Below, piece by piece: positions 29,275-37,532 of a stretch of 64,000 bases of DNA. This stretch comes from Candidatus Moraniibacteriota bacterium (GTDB taxonomy: Bacteria; Patescibacteriota; Minisyncoccia; Moranbacterales; UBA1568): contig SSEF01000010.1 in the NCBI GenBank assembly GCA_008012175.1, forward strand, positions 2,923-66,922. The letters are read 5' to 3'. The notes beneath the pieces were generated by a model. It was not told where the DNA came from and searched no databases. It saw only the letters and a list, made by a program, of their open reading frames with translations. Within the stretch, counting starts at the first letter, position 1. Each line of letters opens with the position of its first letter. Both the position numbers and the translations under genes were made by a program.

Positions 29275-30013
29275 AGGTGATGAGGATTACGACGAGTGAC
29301 GAGGAGAGGAGCTTCTTCATGTGTTCGATGAGGGACTTGTTCTTGGCATACTCCATGCGCTTCGGACCGATGATCGCGAGGATGCCGCGCTCGCCGGCCG
29401 GATCCCGATAGGGCGAGACGACCATAGCGCAGTTTTCGATGCCGGCGACAGGATTCTCTTCCCCGATGTAGATGCGGGTTTCTCCGTCTTTCAGTCCCGC
29501 CATGAGGACGTCGATCTTTTCATCGAGCGTGTCGAGGGTCTCGACGAGGCGGCAGAGCTCGTCCATCTCGCGGAACTCGGGGTTCTCCATGAGCGATTTC
29601 ATGCCGAAGTCGTACATCTCGTCCTTTCCGACGACGCCCGAGACGCCGAGATTTCCTGAGAGCGCCGAGAGGAGCCGGGCCGTGGTGCGCACTGTGCGGG
29701 CGTGCTTCGCCTGGAGCTTCAGGAATTCCTCTTGCAGTTTCTCCTGGTCGCGTTTCGAGAGCGGCTTGTCGCCCATCATCTCCTCAACGTAGAAGCGGTA
29801 GCCGGCATCGGTCGGGATGCGGCCAGCGCTCGTATGCGGCTGATAGAGAAGCCCCTCCCCCTCGAGCGCGAGCATGTCATTTCGAAGCGTGGCCGAAGAG
29901 ACCGGGAAATGATGGCGCTCGAGGAGCGCCTCGGAGCCGACCGGTTGCGCAGTCTTCGTATAGAGCTCGACGACGGCGGCGAGCACTTCGCGTTGGCGTT
30001 CGTTCATATCCAT
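29267..30013 (-). CDS. hrcA: Heat-inducible repressor HrcA (short form)
   Basis: PVGS, SSATLRNDM, QPHTSAGRIPT..GYRFYV, IIGPKRM.Y. Confidence 0.95.
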   Translation of the reverse strand: MDMNERQREVLAAVVELYTKTAQPVGSEALLERHHFPVSSATLRNDMLALEGEGLLYQPHTSAGRIPTDAGYRFYVEEMMGDKPLSKRDQEKLQEEFLKLQAKHARTVRTTARLLSALSGNLGVSGVVGKDEMYDFGMKSLMENPEFREMDELCRLVETLDTLDEKIDVLMAGLKDGETRIYIGEENPVAGIENCAMVVSPYRDPAGERGILAIIGPKRMEYAKNKSLIEHMKKLLSSSLVVILITYV

Positions 30014-30019
30014 GTTTTG

Positions 30020-30061
30020 ATTATAGGAAGTCGTTTAGCACTCGTCAAGTGTGAGTGCTAA
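30020..30061 (-). promoter_or_regulatory. Perfect CIRCE plus sigma70 promoter of hrcA-grpE-dnaK
   Basis: TTAGCACTC-N9-GAGTGCTAA 30035-30061; -35 TTGACG 30043-30048, 17 bp, TATAAT 30020-30025, 6 nt to ATG. Confidence 0.95.
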
Positions 30062-30093
30062 AACAGAGAATTTATGAAGATCGGAAAAAGAAA

Positions 30094-30123
30094 AAACCTA
30101 GAAGACAGCTGTCTTCTAGGTTT
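30094..30123 (-). terminator. Intrinsic terminator (30-bp perfect palindrome)
   Basis: AAACCTAGAAGACAGCTGTCTTCTAGGTTT followed by a U-tract on the minus strand. Confidence 0.8.
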
Positions 30124-30137
30124 GTGGCGACCCTTGC

Positions 30138-30368
30138 TCATGGGGCTGAATGAGACATCCGCAGCCGACCGCAAGGCCGGCGATGCTCACAATCGTAGCA
30201 AACCAGGCCGTCACCCTGTTGTTCGGATGCTGATCCGAGCGTGGTTTCCTTACCTGTCAAAGCGCAATGCACTGAGACATTGGGGTCATCCGGGACCGGA
30301 TGGATTACCCTCCTCCCCCTTGCTTCTTCCCAGATCCTGTCCAGCGGCCGCTGCAAACACCATTTCAT
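30138..30368 (-). CDS. Cys-rich microprotein, paralog 3 of 3
   Basis: SD GGAGG; VHC-x6-TTLGSA-x9-CYDC-x5-C. Confidence 0.65.
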   Translation of the reverse strand: MKWCLQRPLDRIWEEARGRRVIHPVPDDPNVSVHCALTGKETTLGSASEQQGDGLVCYDCEHRRPCGRLRMSHSAP

Positions 30369-30463
30369 CCCTGCCTCCATTTGTTGCCATGCACGAAAAC
30401 GTCTGGACTGCGCCCTCTTTGCTAGGCGTTTCAGACGCTGCCTATACGGGCTGGAAAAAATAG

Positions 30464-30494
30464 AAAGGGCCGTCTCCTCTGGAGAAAGCCCTTT
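30464..30494 (-). terminator. Intrinsic terminator after paralog 2
   Basis: AAAGGGC-TTTCTCC-AGA-GGAGA-CG-GCCCTTT then CTATTTTTT. Confidence 0.7.
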
Positions 30495-30513
30495 AGTGAG
30501 GATAAGCGGATGC

Positions 30514-30729
30514 TCAATCCAGACCAAATGCGATACCGTCCCGGCCGCCGCCAAAGATGCTCTTCAGCGGAGGATCGGCCACCTCTTGGCATGCATTGCC
30601 CTTTTTGCCGCAACTGAAGCATTCTGCGCTCCCGGGATCATGCTTTCCCCGCGCTTCGCCGAGAGGAATATGATGGTTCACCTGCCGGCAGTGGATGGTT
30701 CCATCCGCCGAATGACCTTTGCCTTTCAT
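30514..30729 (-). CDS. Cys-rich microprotein, paralog 2 of 3
   Basis: SD GGGAG; IHC-x6-IPLGEA-x10-CFSC-x6-C. Confidence 0.65.
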   Translation of the reverse strand: MKGKGHSADGTIHCRQVNHHIPLGEARGKHDPGSAECFSCGKKGNACQEVADPPLKSIFGGGRDGIAFGLD

Positions 30730-30805
30730 CCTCGTCTCCCTCATCAGATTGCAAGGAAATCCAGGGCGAGGGCCGATCTCTATGAGAAGGCCCCTGCCAT
30801 GGAAC

Positions 30806-31075
30806 TCAACCCTGGCACAACTGCCTATGCAGACAGCCTTGGCAATTCCCACTGGAAGACCTGAACTTCCTCTTTGCAGCGTCTAGTGGGATGTTGCGAT
30901 TCTGGGTATTCGGGACATGCGTGCAATGTACCTTGAAAAGCACGTTTTCGACCGGAGGGATCGGGCCACCGGCGTCATCCAGAGGTGGGCGCTGCTTCCC
31001 CTCACCCTCATCCTTACGGCTCCGTCCCCGTTGACGTACAGGCGCTGTTGCCAAGCGCATAGCATGTTGAGACAA
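30806..31075 (-). CDS. Cys-rich microprotein, paralog 1 of 3
   Basis: SD AGGAG before TTG 31075 (alternative ATG 31060); VHC-x10-IPLDAA-x10-CQGC-x5-C. Confidence 0.65.
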   Translation of the reverse strand: MSQHAMRLATAPVRQRGRSRKDEGEGKQRPPLDDAGGPIPPVENVLFKVHCTHVPNTQNRNIPLDAAKRKFRSSSGNCQGCLHRQLCQG

Positions 31076-31094
31076 AATATCTCTCCTCGTCATT

Positions 31095-31349
31095 TTAACG
31101 ATCACCCTGAGGCGGACTGACTGGGTCGTATCCGCCCTCGGACCACGGATGGCAGCGCAGGATTCTCCTGAATCCCATGCGGCCTCCTCGCAAAACGCCG
31201 AAGCGGTCGATGGCTTCGTAGGTGTACTGCGAGCAAGTCGGATGGAAGCGACAGTATCGCTCGGAAATAATGAGACCGAGGAGACCGTGATTCAAAGAAA
31301 AAGTCTGCTGATACAGACGGATAAGCGCCAGAATAGCTGTTCGGAACAT
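31095..31349 (-). CDS. yidD: Membrane protein insertion efficiency factor YidD
   Basis: [30 protein letters not shown]. Confidence 0.93.
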   Translation of the reverse strand: MFRTAILALIRLYQQTFSLNHGLLGLIISERYCRFHPTCSQYTYEAIDRFGVLRGGRMGFRRILRCHPWSEGGYDPVSPPQGDR

Positions 31350-31426
31350 GAGCCGAGCATACCCCGTTTCAGATACTTTGTCCAGAGTGGCAGGCCTGCT
31401 ATACTGATGTCAAAGACCAACATACA

Positions 31427-32338
31427 ATGCGCACTCTCACACACAGAAATCTGACGTGGATCGATTTTGAGTCACCGACCAAGGATGACGTGACCTATCT
31501 TCATGAGAATTTCAATATCCACCCGATTGTCCTCGAGGAGCTCGTCACTCCGACGTACCAGCCGAAAGTACTCCATTATGAAGGCTGCCTGTTCTTCTCG
31601 GTCCATATCCCCCTCTTCGATGCAAAGGAGCGGACGACCTATGCCGGCGAACTCGACATCGTCATCACGAACGGGCATCTTATTACCGCGCATCGGCATC
31701 CGATCTATCAGATTGGCAAGTTCTTTGGCGAGCTAGAGAAGAGCGAGGGCAAGCGCCGGCTCTACCTCGAGGATACGCCGGCTCATCTCCTCTATCGGCT
31801 CCTCGAGATCCTCCTCAATTCCTGTTTCCCCAAGCTCCGCCATGTTTCGGAAAAGATCGATCGGATCGAAACAGAGGTCTTTGCTGGTCACGAGAAGGAG
31901 ATGGTCTTCGAGATCTCTCTCGTGAAGCGCGATATCCTGAATTTCCGCCGAACGCTCAAGCCGCAGCGCTCACTCATCGAATCCCTCATCGCGACGAAGC
32001 ACCCCCTCATCCCTTCCGAGCTCGCGGTCTACTTCCAGGATCTCATCGGCACGAATATCCGCGTCTGGAACATGCTAGAGTCGAACAAGGAGACGATCGA
32101 GGCGCTCGAAGCGACGAACAATTCGCTCCTCTCGAACAAGCTGGAGCAGACGATGAAGGTCCTCACGATCTTCTCTGCCGTCATCCTTCCCCTTACCGTT
32201 TACTCGAACGCGATGTCGATGAATACTGCTCATCTCCCGTTCGAACACTATCCCGGCGGCTTCTATTGGCACCTTGGCAGCATGGTTCTCATCTCGGCCC
32301 TGACCATTGTCATCTTCCGCCTGAAACGCTGGCTTTAG
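31427..32338 (+). CDS. corA: CorA-family divalent cation transporter
   Basis: WIDFESP, MKVLTIFS..ILPLT, SMN in place of the GMN motif, two C-terminal TMs. Confidence 0.85.
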   Translation: MRTLTHRNLTWIDFESPTKDDVTYLHENFNIHPIVLEELVTPTYQPKVLHYEGCLFFSVHIPLFDAKERTTYAGELDIVITNGHLITAHRHPIYQIGKFFGELEKSEGKRRLYLEDTPAHLLYRLLEILLNSCFPKLRHVSEKIDRIETEVFAGHEKEMVFEISLVKRDILNFRRTLKPQRSLIESLIATKHPLIPSELAVYFQDLIGTNIRVWNMLESNKETIEALEATNNSLLSNKLEQTMKVLTIFSAVILPLTVYSNAMSMNTAHLPFEHYPGGFYWHLGSMVLISALTIVIFRLKRWL

Positions 32339-32509
32339 GCCAGAAACAAGGAATCAAAATATGCCCCGAACGAGGCAGACTCCTATGGAAATCAGCTTCT
32401 TGGGCGGTTTTTCGTTACATAATAGGGACGCTAGGATACGCTATACTGGAAAGGCGCTTCCGCGACAGACATGTGTTTGTTTTGTTCCATACTTTATGCC
32501 CCTTGATTT

Positions 32510-33919
32510 ATGCTAAGTCTTTACAACACTCTCTCCAAAAAGAAGGAGGTCTTTGAGCCGATCGATCCGCCACAAGTGAAACTCTACACCTGTGGACCGA
32601 CAGTCTATGACTATGTCCATATCGGCAATCTGCGCTCCTATGTTATGGCGGACATGCTGCGGCGCGCTCTCTCGGCGTCAGGATTCGAAGTAAAGCACGT
32701 GAAGAACATCACCGATGTCGGGCATCTCACGGCTGACGATATCGCTCAGGGCGACTCCGGCGAAGACAAGATCGCCCGGAAAGCTGCTGCCGAGCACAAG
32801 ACGCCCGAAGAGATCGCCGCTTTCTATACGGAGTACTACCGAGAGACCGAAGTAGCCCTAGGCATACTCCCTCCGGACGAGGAGCCGCATGCAACCGCCT
32901 ATGTGCCGCAGATGATTCAGTTCATCGAACGACTCATCGCCAAGGGTCATGCATACGCCGTAAACGGCAATGTCTTTTTCGATGTGACGAGCTTCCCGGA
33001 TTACGGACAGCTGTCCGGCAATACGCTCGAGAGCTTGAAAGTCGGCGCCCGCCTCGAAGAGCACCCGGACAAGCGGAACCCCTGGGACTTCGCGCTTTGG
33101 CTCCGAGCGCCGGAAGGCCACCTGATGCGCTGGGATTCGCCCTGGGGTATCGGCTACCCTGGCTGGCATATCGAGTGTTCGGCGATGAATCTCGCTACGC
33201 TCGGAAAAACGATCGATATCCACACGGGCGGCGAAGACAATATCTTCCCCCATCATGAGGCCGAGATCGCGCAGAGCGTTTGCGGCAATGAGGCCCCGTT
33301 CGCTCGCTATTGGGTGCACACACGCCACCTCTTGGTCGACGGAGCCAAGATGTCCAAGTCCAAAGGCAATTTCTATCGGCTCGAAGACATCCTCGAACGC
33401 GGCTATACGGCCATGGATCTCCGCATGCTCTTCCTCGGCGCTCATTACCGGAGCCAGATGAATTTCACCTGGGAAGCACTCGCCCAAGCAAAGGCCAATC
33501 GCGAATCGCTCATGAACACTTTCGAGCGCCTTAAAGCGACAAAGGAGACTTTCACCGGAGAAGATTCTCAGGAGATCGAGCTTTTCAAAGCTGCTATTGG
33601 GAATGATCTCAATACCCCACTCGCTCTTTCAATTCTGCTGCGATATGCCGGAAATATGAATAGATCGCTTGATAAAAAGGAATATCACCGTCTTTCCGAA
33701 TCTGATCGAAAAAACCTCTCCGAAATGCTCTTTGACTATTTCGGACTCCAAGTGGAGCCAAGCGAAATCCCGGCTGCCGTAGAATCACTCCTCCGCGAAC
33801 GGCTCGCGGCGAGAAATACGAAGGATTACGCGCGTTCTGATATGCTCCGCGATGAGATCGCGAACCTCGGCTATATCGTTGAAGATGGCCTTCATGGCCA
33901 ATCGATCCGGAAAAAATAA
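32510..33919 (+). CDS. cysS: Cysteinyl-tRNA synthetase
   Basis: CGPTVY, HIGN, PGWHIECSAM, KMSKS. Confidence 0.97.
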   Translation: MLSLYNTLSKKKEVFEPIDPPQVKLYTCGPTVYDYVHIGNLRSYVMADMLRRALSASGFEVKHVKNITDVGHLTADDIAQGDSGEDKIARKAAAEHKTPEEIAAFYTEYYRETEVALGILPPDEEPHATAYVPQMIQFIERLIAKGHAYAVNGNVFFDVTSFPDYGQLSGNTLESLKVGARLEEHPDKRNPWDFALWLRAPEGHLMRWDSPWGIGYPGWHIECSAMNLATLGKTIDIHTGGEDNIFPHHEAEIAQSVCGNEAPFARYWVHTRHLLVDGAKMSKSKGNFYRLEDILERGYTAMDLRMLFLGAHYRSQMNFTWEALAQAKANRESLMNTFERLKATKETFTGEDSQEIELFKAAIGNDLNTPLALSILLRYAGNMNRSLDKKEYHRLSESDRKNLSEMLFDYFGLQVEPSEIPAAVESLLRERLAARNTKDYARSDMLRDEIANLGYIVEDGLHGQSIRKK

Positions 33920-33955
33920 AAGCGGCTGATACCCTGTTTGGGCAAAAGCCGCTTT
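33918..33955. terminator. Probable bidirectional terminator
   Basis: AAAGCGGCT...AGCCGCTTT between convergent genes. Confidence 0.6.
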
Positions 33956-34409
33956 ATCGGATCCTTTTCAGGAGAAGGAGCACCTGCCATTTGACTTGGT
34001 GAGCCGGAACGGCAGCTTGCTCAAAATCGCAGGCCAGGAAAGCTCTCTGCTGGAGCGAATCGAACTCTATCGGAAAATCTCTTTGCCGGCGAGCGAGGCT
34101 CTCCTGCGTGCTGAAGACTCGCGCCTCATCCGCCCAAAGAAAAGAGGTTCCATGGAGAGCCGACCAGATTAGGATATTGTAGCCTTTGAAATACGGGTTC
34201 TCGGCCAGATAGGTCATCCCGATATTCTGTGCGATCTGGTACTGCCGCCGAAAAGCCTTAAGCCGTTCGTAGGCTTCGTTTATTTTCCCGGAGCGGGGCT
34301 GGAAGAGTATAGCCCGTCTCATGCTGAGATCCCGAGGCCCGGGAGACGAAAAAAAATCCCCGAGCTGATCGCCACGGAGAGGAACAGCTTCCCATGGTGG
34401 CGCATTCAT
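33954..34409 (-). CDS. Hypothetical protein
   Basis: Promoter TTGACA(34468-34473)-17-TATAGT; SD AGGGGA. Confidence 0.55.
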   Translation of the reverse strand: MNAPPWEAVPLRGDQLGDFFSSPGPRDLSMRRAILFQPRSGKINEAYERLKAFRRQYQIAQNIGMTYLAENPYFKGYNILIWSALHGTSFLWADEARVFSTQESLARRQRDFPIEFDSLQQRAFLACDFEQAAVPAHQVKWQVLLLLKRIR

Positions 34410-34560
34410 TTCAATCCCCTAAGAATTTTTTAAAGATCAACAAAACTATAGTATAGAGTAATGATTTTGTCAATAGGTGAAGATATGAACAAACTATCTA
34501 CATTGAAGTTGGAAGGGATACCCGTTAGAATAGAATCCTGATCCTGATACGCCCCTCTTT

Positions 34561-35937
34561 ATGGCAAAATCCTCTAGTCTCCCGGAACATGTCCGCATCC
34601 CTCCTCACAATCTCGAGGCGGAGCAGTCTGTTCTCGGATCGCTCATGCTCGACAAAGACGCGATCATCAAAGTGGCCGATCTCGTGAAGGTCGGAGACTT
34701 CTATAAAGACGATCATAATCGCATCTATGAGGCGATGCTCGGCCTCTACGAGGAACGCGAACCGATTGATGTTCTTTCACTTGCTAACCGCCTCGACGAG
34801 CGGAAGTCCCTCGAGACTGTCGGCGGGGCTGGCTACCTCGCTTCACTCGTGAATTCGGTCCCATCGGCGTCCAATATCGTTCATTATGCGAAAGTCGTCC
34901 AAAAGAAAGCGCTCCTTCGCCGGCTCATCGGCGCCGCATCTCAGATCGTCGAGATGGGTTACGATGATTCCGAGGATGTCCAGGCCGTACTCGATGATGC
35001 CGAGCAGAAGCTCTTCGCCATCTCTCAAAAATACATCAAGCAAGACTTCATACCGATCAGGTCAATCCTCGAAGCCGCCTTCGACCGAATCGACGAGCTC
35101 CACAAAAACGACCAGACGATGCGCGGCGTTCCGACACAATTCGCGGATCTCGACAATCTCCTCGCCGGACTCCAGAAATCTGACCTCATCATCATTGCGG
35201 CGCGTCCCGCAATCGGGAAGACGTCGTTCGCACTCGATATCGCCCGCCAGGTTGGCGTATACGCAAAAGTGCCAGTCGGCATATTTTCCCTCGAAATGGG
35301 CGCCGATCAGCTGATCGACCGCATGCTTGCAGCGCAAGCTGGCGTCGACCTGTGGCGCCTCCGTACCGGAAAGCTCAAAAGCGATGGGCCCGATAATGAT
35401 TTTGAAAAGCTTTCTGATGCAATGGGAGTCCTTTCTGAAGCTCCGATCTTCATTGATGATTCCGGTAGCCTGAATATCATGGAGATGCGGACGATGGCGC
35501 GGCGTCTCCAGGCCGAACATAAGCTCGGCCTTATCATCATTGATTACCTCCAGCTTATGGAAGGCCGTTCCCGTTCCGGAGATAACCGCGTTCAGGAGAT
35601 TTCCGAAATCTCACGCGGCCTGAAACAGCTTGCCCGCGAACTCAACATACCGGTAATCGCTCTTTCCCAGCTCTCTCGCAGCATCGAGTCCCGGCCTGAC
35701 CAGCGCCCAAAACTTTCCGACCTCCGCGAATCTGGATCCATCGAACAGGATGCCGATGTCGTCATGTTCCTCTATCGCGAGGACCGCGTCCGACCGGACA
35801 CCCCGAACAAGAATATCGTCGACATCATCGTCGCCAAGCATCGCAATGGCCCTGTCGGCCAGGTCTCCCTCTACTTCGAAGATAATGCAACGAGTTTCAA
35901 GTCGCTCGAACGCTCACATTCGCCCCTGCCAGAATAA
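34561..35937 (+). CDS. dnaB: Replicative DNA helicase DnaB
   Basis: AARPAIGKT, FSLEM, IDYLQL, LSQLSR, DLRESGSIEQDAD; no intein. Confidence 0.98.
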   Translation: MAKSSSLPEHVRIPPHNLEAEQSVLGSLMLDKDAIIKVADLVKVGDFYKDDHNRIYEAMLGLYEEREPIDVLSLANRLDERKSLETVGGAGYLASLVNSVPSASNIVHYAKVVQKKALLRRLIGAASQIVEMGYDDSEDVQAVLDDAEQKLFAISQKYIKQDFIPIRSILEAAFDRIDELHKNDQTMRGVPTQFADLDNLLAGLQKSDLIIIAARPAIGKTSFALDIARQVGVYAKVPVGIFSLEMGADQLIDRMLAAQAGVDLWRLRTGKLKSDGPDNDFEKLSDAMGVLSEAPIFIDDSGSLNIMEMRTMARRLQAEHKLGLIIIDYLQLMEGRSRSGDNRVQEISEISRGLKQLARELNIPVIALSQLSRSIESRPDQRPKLSDLRESGSIEQDADVVMFLYREDRVRPDTPNKNIVDIIVAKHRNGPVGQVSLYFEDNATSFKSLERSHSPLPE

Positions 35938-35963
35938 GCTTGTGAAGGAAAATTCTTCCGCCT

Positions 35964-36554
35964 ATGCGCTATCCAAAAGCCTTTGAATCACTCATTACGC
36001 ATTTTGCCAGCCTTCCTTCGATCGGTCCGAAGATGGCGGAACGGCTCGTTCTCTATCTCTTCAAGCAGGAAGAAGGAAAGATCGTCGCCTTTGCTGAAAG
36101 CCTTGAGGGCCTGAAGCATCTCTCGAGCTGTCGGGAGTGTTTCTACATTTCGGAATCCGAACTCTGCGGCTTCTGCAGCGATAGTTCGCGCGACCGGACG
36201 ACCATCTGTGTCGTAGAAGAGCCGCTCGATGTCATCGCGATCGAACGGACCGGGAGCTACTGCGGCCTCTATCACGTCCTCGGCGGTGTCCTGGATGCCG
36301 GACGCGATGACTCAATACTCCGGATCGCCGAATTGAAACAGCGAGCCACGGGATCAGCTGTCACCGAAGTCATCCTCGCTACCAACCCCACGACTGAAGG
36401 CGACATGACGGCTTTCTTTCTTCGGACCAAGCTCGCCGATCTCCCTGTCAAGGTGACGCGCATCGCCCGCGGCATGGCGACCGGGGGCGACATCGAATAC
36501 GCTGATGAACTGACCCTCACCTCATCCTTGACAAATCGTCAGGAATTGGTATAA
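35964..36554 (+). CDS. recR: Recombination protein RecR
   Basis: LPSIGPKMAER, C4 zinc finger, YHVLGG, ATNPTTEG, IEYADE. Confidence 0.96.
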   Translation: MRYPKAFESLITHFASLPSIGPKMAERLVLYLFKQEEGKIVAFAESLEGLKHLSSCRECFYISESELCGFCSDSSRDRTTICVVEEPLDVIAIERTGSYCGLYHVLGGVLDAGRDDSILRIAELKQRATGSAVTEVILATNPTTEGDMTAFFLRTKLADLPVKVTRIARGMATGGDIEYADELTLTSSLTNRQELV

Positions 36555-36614
36555 TGTACAGTCGTTTCTTTGGCAACTTTTTTGCGCCACTCACCGCATA
36601 GAGGAGGATGAACC

Positions 36615-37103
36615 ATGTCTCACGATAATGCATCATCACCCCCATCGCCTGAATTTTGCTGCTGGATAGATCAGGAACGGCTGAAACAGCTCTTGCCGCA
36701 CCAGGGTAACGCCCTACTGATCGATAAGGCATTGGTCTACCCTCAGAAGTACAGAGGGGATGGGTTTCTCACCACCGCTCTCGCGATGCATGTCTTTGAC
36801 GGCCATTTCCCCGGAAGACCCATCATGCCGGGGCACTGGCTGATCGAATTTGCGAGCCTCACCTGCGCTACCATATTTACCGTCTCGAGCGGTATTCCCA
36901 TCACTGGGACTGCTGGCGTACGTATCGTGTCTATCGATGGTATCCGTTTCAAGGCTGAAGTCCGACCCGGAGACAAATTGATCTGCGAGGCCACGCTCAT
37001 TCAGCGCAAAAAGATACTGGCCCTTTTTTCCGCAACTATTCGGACTCGCGCCGAAAGAAAGGAGGTATGTCGGATTAAGGAATTGGTCGGGATCCTCGTA
37101 TAG
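36615..37103 (+). CDS. FabZ/FabA-like hot-dog fold dehydratase
   Basis: LLPH...LLID, FDGHFPGRPIMPG...IE, RFKAEVRPGD; SD GAGGAGG. Confidence 0.85.
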   Translation: MSHDNASSPPSPEFCCWIDQERLKQLLPHQGNALLIDKALVYPQKYRGDGFLTTALAMHVFDGHFPGRPIMPGHWLIEFASLTCATIFTVSSGIPITGTAGVRIVSIDGIRFKAEVRPGDKLICEATLIQRKKILALFSATIRTRAERKEVCRIKELVGILV

Positions 37104-37125
37104 CCGCATTCCCTACCGACAATCA

Positions 37126-37158
37126 AAAAGCCCGCTCAGGAATACTCAGCGGGCTTTT
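37126..37158. terminator. Bidirectional terminator
   Basis: AAAAGCCCGCT...AGCGGGCTTTT. Confidence 0.75.
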
Positions 37159-37173
37159 AACTTTTCCAATTCC

Positions 37174-37479
37174 TCAAACGGAGATCTTCGTGATCTCGAC
37201 GGCGGTATAGTGCTGCTTGTGGCCGTAACGGGTCATTTCTCGCTTCTTAGCCTTGTGGCGGATGCCGGCGACCTTCTCATGGCGGCCATGGGTGACTACT
37301 TTGCCCTCGACATGAGTCTTGAGCGACGGGGTGCCGATCGCGACCGCGGACTCGTCGCCCGTAAAGAGCGTCTCGAACTTCACGATATTGCCGGGCTCGA
37401 AATCAAGCTTTTCGACTTTTACGATTTCGCCCTCGGCGACCTTGTACTGTTTCCCTCCGGTTTGGATGACGGCGATCAT
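37174..37479 (-). CDS. rplU: 50S ribosomal protein L21
   Basis: AVIQTGGKQYKV, GHKQHYT. Confidence 0.96.
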   Translation of the reverse strand: MIAVIQTGGKQYKVAEGEIVKVEKLDFEPGNIVKFETLFTGDESAVAIGTPSLKTHVEGKVVTHGRHEKVAGIRHKAKKREMTRYGHKQHYTAVEITKISV

Positions 37480-37532
37480 AGACTGGCCTAAAAATTGATA
37501 CTGCCTGAGTATAGCCCGAGTTTGGGTCATTG

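Noticed and set aside
30286-30390. Alternative-frame 34-aa ORF (MATNGG...GPG*) ending GGA TGA C, as a possible +1 recoding entry into paralog 3
   Set aside because: The main frame already has a good SD and start and shares N-terminal motifs with paralog 1, so recoding is not needed.
30241-30864. 207-aa plus-strand ORF
   Set aside because: Antisense to the Cys-motif paralogs, crosses a terminator hairpin and has no recognisable features.
30125-31090. Large ncRNA such as RNase P RNA (minus-strand GAGGAAGTTCAGG resembles the P4 5' strand)
   Set aside because: No matching P4 3' strand found, and three SD-led paralogous ORFs explain the region better. An Rfam scan would settle it.
32340-32509. 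T-box or riboswitch in the cysS leader
   Set aside because: No T-box consensus or terminator/antiterminator; a TATACT -10 lies close to the gene.
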